Assembly (NCBI GenBank): GCA_977030845.1
Contig: OZ365110.1
Location: forward strand, 35,526,001-35,590,000
Source of the DNA: Fimbriosthenelais zetlandica
Lineage: Eukaryota
DNA length: 64,000 bases
Direction of reading: 5' to 3'
A model generated the notes under the pieces. It was not told where the DNA came from. It worked only from the letters and a program-made list of their open reading frames with translations, and searched no databases. Within the stretch, counting starts at the first letter, position 1. Each line of letters begins with the position of its first letter. Positions 56,201-64,000 of this stretch are shown here, one piece after another. The position numbers were made by a program, and so were the translations under genes.

Positions 56201-57553
56201 CAACAGACTCCTTAATGCCAACAAGATATCATGTGTGAGGAGGGACACCTTTGATGATCTTCACAATCTCAATCTCTTGTAAGTATCCTTCGCTAAATCA
56301 CCATCATTAACCTTTGAACTATATCGTGGATGATAGGATTAAAGGTATAAAAACCTCATTCGCCTTCTATGATACCGATCGAAATGTAATAACCCAGCTT
56401 AAATGGGTAGCATATAATGGCTCCCCTTGTATAGGAGAAAATGTATGCACCCTTCCAGGTGTTATTTTACCATATGAATCAATTCGCATTAACCTTCCTT
56501 ATCAGGCCTTATACTTTATATAAAATCCACATTATGATGTAGGCATCTATATAGGTTATTACTGCATGGCCAGGGTAAAAGCTTGTATATTACCGGACCA
56601 AAAGATCTGTCCATTATTGGGCTATTGGAGCGCTGTAAATGGTGTACTCCTCTCATGAAACGAAGCGATTACTGCTAAGACGGCAGATAGTAGTATATGG
56701 AAATGTCGCCCATCGATCTCCATCCATTCCCCCATGCGTTCACTCCTTACCCTTGCATATCTATAGACTTCGGACTCCACTAATTGGATATGCGGATGTC
56801 TGGATCATCCCTGATGCTAGACAAGAGCTTGGTGATGGGTCTAGCGCATTTGTGACAGTTGTTGCCTCATATATTGGCAATTCCTGCCCATCAATTTGAG
56901 CACGGCTTTCCACTTACTCAACTTTTCTGTCCACTGTAGCGTCTCTTTCGCTCTTAAAGTACTATATTCTTTATTCCCGGCAATGCTGAAACTTGTTTCA
57001 GCCTAAAATTGAGCGTGCTCTATAGTCTATGATAGTGCACGCCTACAGAGTTTTCTATAGCATGGCTATAGTGCATGGAGTGTATTTACTAAATTGATTT
57101 ATGGATGGCTCAGTGCCGTCAGAACTGGATCTGTCGTGGCTTGACTGAACTGACATTCTAGTTTGATATATCACGTGACGTGTCATGTGACGTGGCCATG
57201 CACGTGGCGCCCCCTTTCATCTCCCCACAGTCTCACTCTAACCGACTTTTGTAGTGAAACCATCGCTTGATTGATGCCGGCTGATAGTTTAATAAAAAAC
57301 AAATCTTTAATCGATGAACATAACGCACAATTACTTGTTAATTAATCGTTCCATTGTTCACTGGATATTCTGTCTTCTCTTCTTTTCTCAGTGGGTGCAC
57401 ACAGCGTACAATTGGTGATTTAGTTCCCATTAGATAGATGTAATTAATTCTTCTAACAAGCCATTTTTTCTAACCTTACAGATCGCTTTACGATAATAAG
57501 ATCCAATCGCTTGCCAATGGAACTTTCCTGCCTCTGAAGAACATCCAGACACT
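29133..57553 (+). CDS. slit: Slit (secreted LRR/EGF Robo ligand), partial: ten spliced exons encoding the end of LRR domain D1, the linker and most of D2; gene extends beyond both window ends
   Basis: Ten exons with pyrimidine-rich ..AG acceptors and GTRAG donors join in frame without stops (888 nt). The translation follows the Slit D1/D2 motif order DLS.N / Q.DNN / T.N.NN / CDCH..WL..WL / CP..C.C.DGIVDCR / RLEQN / DLSNN / VLYGN / LLNAN / SLYDN, recognised from known Slit proteins. Confidence 0.97.
29986..30057 (+). CDS. slit: slit exon (about exon 6), 72 nt, one LRR: [23 protein letters not shown](L)
   Basis: Acceptor attttaattttccag, donor gtaagt, phase 2/2. Confidence 0.96.
30321..30392 (+). 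CDS. slit: slit exon (about exon 7), 72 nt, one LRR: [23 protein letters not shown](A)
   Basis: Acceptor tattttgacttttcag, donor gtgagt, phase 2/2. Confidence 0.96.
30751..30914 (+). CDS. slit: slit exon (about exon 8), 164 nt, last D1 LRR plus LRRCT cap: [54 protein letters not shown]
   Basis: Acceptor tatattttttcag, donor gtgagt, phase 2/1. Shows the CxC..W..C..P..L..F.C LRRCT pattern. Confidence 0.97.
34632..34718. promoter_or_regulatory. Cluster of four CCAAT boxes plus a GTCACGTGAT E-box (promoter-like)
   Basis: ATTGG 34632, CCAAT 34649, CCAAT 34669, ATTGG 34693, TCACGTGA 34710. Confidence 0.3.
39463..39610 (+). CDS. slit: slit exon (about exon 9), 148 nt, D1-D2 linker plus D2 LRRNT: [49 protein letters not shown](L)
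   Basis: Acceptor tttttcgcctgcag, donor gtaaga, phase 1/2. Lies inside ORF-track entry 39423..39614. Confidence 0.97.
39858..39929 (+). CDS. slit: slit exon (about exon 10), 72 nt, D2 LRR: [23 protein letters not shown](I)
   Basis: Acceptor tttttctttgctttcag, donor gtgagt, phase 2/2. Confidence 0.97.
42989..43002 (+). promoter_or_regulatory. CTCF-like motif
   Basis: TCACTAGAGGGCAG differs from the CTCF core only at position 1. Motif match only. Confidence 0.3.
44332..44373 (+). repeat. Minisatellite, ~13-bp unit, three copies
   Basis: aatatacaacctt aatatacaacctt atatacaaaactt. Confidence 0.6.
45228..45300 (+). repeat. GA-rich polypurine low-complexity tract
   Basis: aagaaggagaacggggggagaaggagagcgagagaagaaggagagagggagg.. 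Confidence 0.6.
54654..54725 (+). CDS. slit: slit exon (about exon 11), 72 nt, D2 LRR: [23 protein letters not shown](L)
   Basis: Acceptor ttttattttccag, donor gtaagt, phase 2/2. Confidence 0.94.
55869..55940 (+). CDS. slit: slit exon (about exon 12), 72 nt, D2 LRR: [23 protein letters not shown](L)
   Basis: Acceptor ctattctcttcag, donor gtaagt, phase 2/2. Confidence 0.97.
56207..56278 (+). CDS. slit: slit exon, 72 nt, D2 LRR: [23 protein letters not shown](L)
   Basis: Acceptor ttctttattccaacag, donor gtaagt, phase 2/2. Confidence 0.97.
57171..57207. promoter_or_regulatory. Dense overlapping E-box/CRE-like cluster
   Basis: TCACGTGACGTGTCATGTGACGTGGCCATGCACGTGG contains two CACGTG, one CATGTG and two TGACGT in 37 bp. 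Confidence 0.3.
57482..57553 (+). CDS. slit: slit exon, 72 nt, D2 LRR: [23 protein letters not shown](L)
   Basis: Acceptor ttttttctaaccttacag (includes a CTAAC branch-like motif), donor gtgagt, phase 2/2. Confidence 0.97.
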
Positions 57554-60360
57554 GTGAGTAGGACTTAATCTTTATATGCTGTGGTGGCTTCCAAGATATT
57601 GTCTGGAAATGGAAAAGCAAGTTGCCTATGTGTATTTTTTCAGTCATATATATGTGGAGCAGACAGTGGAACATCAATTTGAAAAAACTCCATCTACTGT
57701 AATGTATATTAGAAAATGACCTTTCTTACAAATCTATTGCTGCAAAGAGAATAATAGAATACATGCAGGTTTCACGTTGAGAATCTGTGGGGAATCCTTT
57801 TCATATACTACTTGAATTACTAAGGATTCCATAGAACCCACAGATATGTTATCATGGAAACCACTTCCTCAAACAACAAGATTTTTTAAGCTGCTGTGTA
57901 TATAATGATTGGATCTGCAATCTTAGAATATAACGATATGAGTTGCTTTATTTAACAAAGCCATGTTCAAGGCTATATGACTCAAGAAACGACTTGCCCT
58001 ATATTATAGTCTAGAATAGACTGAAGTTCATCAATGCTAAAGAGAGTGGTTATTAATATGGCCTCACAAAGACCAACTACTATCCATAACAGGCCTTCAC
58101 CAACGAACAGCCTTTAACAAAAATCCCTGTCCCCGTCCAAAGCGTCGCAGAAAAATACTTTGAGTTTCTACTTGCCAAACTATACAAGGTCTTCACTCAG
58201 TCTGGCCGACGCGTGCCAGAGAATGAAACTCCCGTCTGAACATTAATCTCATCCAGGCGGTGCTTTTTAATATACCAGCCCGTGTTTTCTTTCTCCCGAA
58301 GATTTTATTTCAGTGATTCGCCCAAGATTAAAACACGAGGCATCTGAGCATTGATTGCCTCATACTTTGCTGAGCGCCTTTTAAACGGGGAGGTATTCTT
58401 GGGATCTGCATGGAGGGATGGCAAACGGCGGGTGTAATCTTGTTATCTGGCAAGTCATTGATTTTTCTATGCCGCTCTCTATAAAAATCACTCCGCCATT
58501 TAACATCAGCCTCCAGGAACCCTAAACTCTAATCCCAATTGTGTTTGCCATCGATTGTCAAGCCGCTACATGGCTATGTTTAAAGTCTACCAACGTTTCA
58601 TGGAAATCCACTCGTTCAATGTGATTATCTCCCGTGCCTGCTGAGGACGGCGTCTACACGTCATTCAGACGCTGTGACTTGAAGTGATTCCTTGACCAGA
58701 ATATCATGCGGTTTGCCGTGGCTTTCTCTCCTAATTGAAATGCCTTTTGATGTAGGGAATGTCTGGGTGTGGAAGCGTGTTTAAATAGCTATAAATCACA
58801 CTGTGTTTACATGACTGGAATGCCTGTGGTTTCCTCTGTTTTTATGCACTCAGAAGTGTCCTGTCTCAGTATCCTTTATGCTTGACTCCGCTGGGATGGA
58901 GATAAGATTACAACATGTGTATCGCTTCTGTTAACTTGCCTGGTACATGCCGGGTTCAAATCTGGAGCTGGGCATTTCTCAGAAAGTTGAATCTCAATGA
59001 CTTTTGATTCAGTAAATTGGTTCAATGCTTTGAATTATCTTATAATAAATATGGTTGGTGATTTATAGAATTTGTTCAAGAATTATCAGCTCTGCCTTCG
59101 ACTTGTACTGTCTATTCTGATCAATATGGGCAAGAATCTACAGAGGAATAACTTTTTTCTGGAATTATTACCGTTTTTCACCCGTATTCCCAACTATTCC
59201 CTTGCTGCCCAATGAACAAAATTGTGTATTTTTAACAAAAATGTTCAATCAATTGAAGATTTTATCTCAGCAAGTGAAACTGTATAAGGCTCCCTTATAG
59301 TTATACCTTAGACTCTTCACCTTATTAACCCAGCCCTCCTGCCTGCAGTGACTAGCAGGAATAGTTGTGGGGGGAAACAGAGATAAACCCTGGTCCTAAA
59401 CGGCACAGTCAACCTTCATTTATCAACATGTTTGTTAAGGAAGGGCGGATGATTTGTTGTCTGTCGCTTCTCCTACAGACAATGAAGCACAGACTTTCTA
59501 TTTCGCAGAGGAAAATGGAACGTTCAGCCCTGCCACTTCCTCTTAGGCCTCGCCGTGATAAATTACATTTTATTTGCGGTAATCGCACGATCTCCCACTC
59601 TGTGCCTCCGTGCTACTTGACAGGTTTTTGTGCAATAGATGGGAGGATAGTAAGAAATTATGGCAGGTATTTTTAAGCCTGAGACCTTTATGATTCATAG
59701 AGTTCTTATCTCAGTGATATGCTATGTCATCACGCACCTCACAATAGAAATATCGCATTGAAAGGCCAAGTCATTATGCTCGGAGGAATTGCTGGGTGTT
59801 TTATGGAGTATTTCAAGCACAATGATGCGTCATTTAAACAGAGGTCCCTTGTTTCTAATCAATTAGGTCCCAAAATGGTCCCGTTTTTGTGTCCTGATAA
59901 GAAATAATGAAGATATGAATGATAGGTGCAAATGCATGAGGAATATATATAGCTCATTTACTATAATCTGCATCACAGGAGAATGAATGAATGGGGATTG
60001 ATCAGTTTAATTCATTATGCGTTTAATATTCCCGCCCACCTTTTAAGACAGAAAATTCTTGCTTTGTGGAATATGATACAGCCAGTACCGGGTAACGATT
60101 ATTTTTGGCTGCGGACTTCTGCAAACAAATACATCGTGAATGTCACAAGCCTGGATTTATGACTGTCCTGAGATGTCATAGCGCCCATGAGGGTATCAGA
60201 TTCGAAAATTAAAAGTAACATATAGATAACGCCCACAAGCCATTGACATTTGCAACCATATAAGAACAACAATTAATTCTTGTAAGCCATGTGCAGAGTA
60301 TACTTATTATATGGCCGTATTTTGTGCATAACAATGAGGCATTTATGTAGATATACCACC

Positions 60361-60400
60361 TGCCTTCCTTAAATCATTAAGGAAGGCATTAAGGAATGCA
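60361..60400. repeat. Perfect 12-bp inverted repeat (4-nt loop) followed by a near-copy of its right arm
   Basis: tgccttccttaa-atca-ttaaggaaggca then ttaaggaatgca. Confidence 0.7.
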
Positions 60401-61694
60401 AAGGATTACACAAACACCTGGAGTAAACACCCCCACCTACACAAAACTCTCTGCTCCTCCCCCACCCCCTATCCCTCCCCTCTTTCGCACCCTTCCCTGC
60501 CACCCACCTTATTGGTTAATTCAAGCACCCCTTATCTGACATGGCAAGGCATGGTTCCCATCGATTAGGCCTTGGGTAAAACTAGTCTGTGGAGAAAATT
60601 AACATGCTCACAGTCACATTAGTGAACGCTCCATGGTAAATCAGCCTCCCACTGGGCTACTGAACGAGGAAACCCGAGGCGCCACCAACACTTAGTCCGT
60701 GTAAACCACCACCGAGAAATTTGTGTAGCGAGACCTTGGCCTGCAGGGAACAACCTGGCCTAAGGGTAGGAACACACTCATGCGATTTTCTCATCGTCTA
60801 GCGATCCGCTGGCTCATGTAGATCGGGTCTATAATCTGGACAGCATTGCTGGAAATCCACTGACAGCTATAATTCCTTTGGAAGATATCAAACCTTGATA
60901 ATTTATATTTTCTTTAAATTTTGTCACAACTGATGTTATAATTAGTGGGCCCTAGTCTCAATATCCCCATAACATTCTTGCCATAAAGCTCAGGATCCAG
61001 TCCTGCGGGGATAATTAAGTGTCCATTTTCACCGCCGTGGATTACTTATTATTGCTTGGTTCCTGGTCCCAACAGGTGATGTGGAAGATGATGTTGTTTA
61101 ACGACATCGTGTAAATATATCTAACAGAGACACAAAGCTGAGAAGCTGCCTCTCCATGAAGCTGTAAAACATGTCATTTCTAGACATACATATTCCCCGC
61201 GTTTCATGTAATATTCATATGTTGTAATTAGAGCATTCTCTACGGCTCTTCTCATTCCTGTCAAGGGATTATAATTAGGATAAGGCTGTCCATAAAACGA
61301 ATTCTGCTGACTTCATAATTCATCGAAAGGAGAGATCTAATGATAATTTGAAGATAATAACAGTTTCAACTGCAGTCCCTGTCACGAGCATCGAGGATAA
61401 ATTAATGTAATATCGGCCTTCTCTTGGTGATTTATGCCCTACCTTGAAACGTAGGAAGGACTCCCATGGCGCGTTGGATGACTGTCGGGGTAGAAATAAT
61501 TAAGAAGATCCTGGAAGACTTGCGTATGTATCAGAGGCACAGCACCACTGTTATGTAGACTCTATACAGTATAGGATAGGCTCGCCAAAGGTGTTGATCC
61601 ACCAACATCCTAGGGACATAAAATATTATGTTAACTCTTACAAAAGCAAATTACTAACGAAATCTTGATCATTATTAACATAAGAGAAAATAAA

Positions 61695-61850
61695 ATGTGT
61701 CTAACAATGTGTGAAATAAGTGGATGCATTTGTTTTGGACGATTACCCAATCTTTCCATTCATTGGGCACAACATCAAATGCATCCTGTTAGTCCATTCC
61801 AACTTCAATGGCGACACTTTGGACCAAAAAACTCAGTGATCATGCTTCTG
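61695..61850 (+). repeat. Left copy of a ~160-bp inverted repeat pair
   Basis: Aligns to the reverse complement of 62317-62479. Shared core is cattcattgggcacaacatcaaatg.atcctgtt.gtcc. Also visible as near-identical peptides in ORF-track entries 61665(+) and 62203(-). Confidence 0.85.
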
Positions 61851-62316
61851 GTCTAGCACATCCTTGGGATGTTTTTATGCTGTTTCATGTCCTTATGAAC
61901 ACAGTGGATCCACAGCCTAGACCAAGATAACTTCCATCTATGAGTTACGTGTTACCCTCTCTGCCTAATTACTAAGTGTCACTCAATCATCCAGATTAGG
62001 TAGCATGAAATTACTGATCTAATTACACATCTTGTTGAGGGTGTCAGTCTACCTCTCTGTTTGTTTTCCCTTTGCCTTTCTCTTAACTTCAGATGTATAA
62101 GTAGTGATTACCAACAGTATGGGGGGCTATCAGTTTGAATGTTAATTGTAGGTATCTATATCTTGGCTAATTGTGATGATAATGATTGTTATATAGTTGC
62201 CCTCAGATCAAAAGGTCATCAGGTGTATGTGGGAGGGATCTGATGCTATAGGTTCGCTCGTACAGACACTTTGTTTTGTTACCCCCACAAATGTCTGGTA
62301 GTTTACCTCCTACACA

Positions 62317-62479
62317 CAGAGGCTTGATCACTGAGTTTCGTGGTCCAAAGTGTTGCCCTTGAAGTTGAAACGGACCAACAGGATCCATTTGATGTTGTGC
62401 CCAATGAATGGGGAGATGCATTGGGGAATCGTCCGAAATATCGCCTGTATTCACCTATTTCACACCTTGCTAGACGCAT
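62317..62479 (-). repeat. Right copy of the ~160-bp inverted repeat pair
   Basis: Reverse complement aligns to 61695-61850 at roughly 80% identity by eye, with two small indels. Confidence 0.85.
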
Positions 62480-63790
62480 GTGTTTGCATTCTATTAGATT
62501 CGCCCGGACAGCTTAGGTCAATTCGCCGATCAATCGCGGCATTTGACCCTTTATTAGAGGTCATGGCGTCTGCGTGATGGGCATGATTTTAAGGCAGTGT
62601 TGCCTGGTGTCATGCAGAAAAAGCATGCGCCACATCAGAAGTGTGGGTCCGGCTTTCATGTGTAAATATCCCGGGGGACAATATTTCTCCTGGTTAGACC
62701 TCCGTTTCTAATGGGAGTTTGAAAAGGAGGTCCTTTTCTAACTCGCAGTGCGCATTCCCACTGCATTTTCTGCTCCCAGTCCCAACCTGAGAGGCATCAC
62801 AATCTTGTAAAGGCATCCATCATTCCTTCCCATCTGCTTTGTTGTCGAGCAACGTCAAGAAATTAATGAAAAGTACTTTTGTTCATCAAGCCTCCTTTCC
62901 TACTGCCTCTGACAATAAATCATGGCTTATTTGTAGGCGGATGTCCTCGGCATCAGGGCATGTGCGCCTATTATGGATTCTAAATTTATGCTGGCGACAT
63001 TTGGGAAGGTGTTATTAATTAAAGGTTCATTGCCAGCTCAATATTGCACGAATCTAGCACAGCTGGGTTTATTTATGTCATAATATAATCAGGATCCCCT
63101 TGAGGACAACATTCACCTGGAATCTTTAATATAATTATGCTCTTTACATGCACTTTCTAACATATAACCTAGCACTGCTGCCAGGGAATGACCTTACAAA
63201 GATTGAGATCTCCATGAGAGCACCCTGCGAACATCTGAGGTGGAATTTGTGTCGAGGTCATGGGATTCTCTAGGAAGAAGGTATAAGGATACTTGACTTA
63301 AAAGCTTTTGGTTCGTGTGTGGGGCTGCAGCAGTCGATCTTGGCACACCTCCCCCGGATGTACTTAGAAAGATTGCTGTGACAGCAAATTGCCTTAATTG
63401 CTGGTTTTGGTGATCATGACCGTGCTGTCTTGGTACCTACAGCTTGGATTCCCCCGACCCGTCATTCCCCCAAGGCCCTCGGTCTGATGTTTGAGCCATG
63501 TTCTCCTCTCACATCCCCCCAAAGCCTAATTCAAGTGTTTTCATTCCTTCCGACTCCTTATATTGAATTGCATCTCCATTTGGTGGGAGCCTCCCAGAGG
63601 TATCACTGAAGGAATGTGTACTGACTGAGGAGTATGGGTAAATAGGAAGAGGAGGTGGCAATGAATCCTCTATAGTATAGCAAGAGATTGAAGGCAAAAG
63701 GGTGGAGAGAAAAGCTAATAATAAGGAAGTGGGTGTTGGGTGTTTCCGTTTCGGGACTTGGACTATACGGGAGAAAAGGAAGCAAATGAT

Positions 63791-63850
63791 GGTCCTGTGG
63801 CTAAGTGAAGTAAGTGTTTTGGATCTGGAGTGCTGGGTCTACTCTGCCTA
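63791..63850 (+). mobile_element. Possible decayed tRNA-derived SINE head
   Basis: ggtcctgTGGCTAAGTGaagtaagtg resembles a tRNA 5' end with an A box. The B-box position holds only a degenerate gggtctactc. Confidence 0.2.
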
Positions 63851-64000
63851 TCTCTACCACTGAGTGCATATTCAATAGCTAATCAAATAGCGCAGCTGAG
63901 GTCTCATTAGGCTTGTCAATCATAGAGTTATATAGCCATTCATCAACCTCTGATGGTCTCCATGTAAAGTGACACATTTATCTTCCACTGGCTAGATATG

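Noticed and set aside
61665-62577. Two ORFs sharing IHWAQHQM.PV.PFQLQ, suggesting a duplicated peptide gene
   Set aside because: The similarity is fully explained by the DNA inverted repeat. The frames diverge outside it and there is no coding signature.
57554-64000. miR-218 (hosted in vertebrate SLIT2/3 introns) or the next slit exon (HLA.NPF.CDC)
   Set aside because: No TTGTGCTTGATCTAACCATG-like sequence and no NPF.CDC exon were seen. The vertebrate host intron lies after the LRRCT exon, which is beyond the window.

Overview
This is eukaryotic (animal) genomic DNA at roughly 40% GC. The only protein-coding gene I can support is part of a + strand slit gene (axon-guidance Robo ligand). Ten GT-AG exons between 29133 and 57553 splice into one uninterrupted 888-nt frame. 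It covers the C-terminal half of LRR domain D1, the D1-D2 linker and most of D2: [296 protein letters not shown]. The gene runs off both ends of the window. About 98.6% of the window is slit intron, and the supplied ORF track misses nearly all the exons because they are short. Linker residues (MEC, DGIVDCR) look protostome-like while the one-LRR-per-exon layout is intron-rich, which suggests a lophotrochozoan-type invertebrate (low confidence). The introns hold a MITE-like element with a TAA target-site duplication, a ~200-bp fold-back element, a ~160-bp inverted-repeat pair, short tandem and simple repeats, and several transcription-factor-motif clusters. I found no transposase, reverse transcriptase, RNA gene or CRISPR array, and no evidence of a new multi-gene system. 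The findings are modest hypotheses about slit gene structure, RNA processing and intronic elements.
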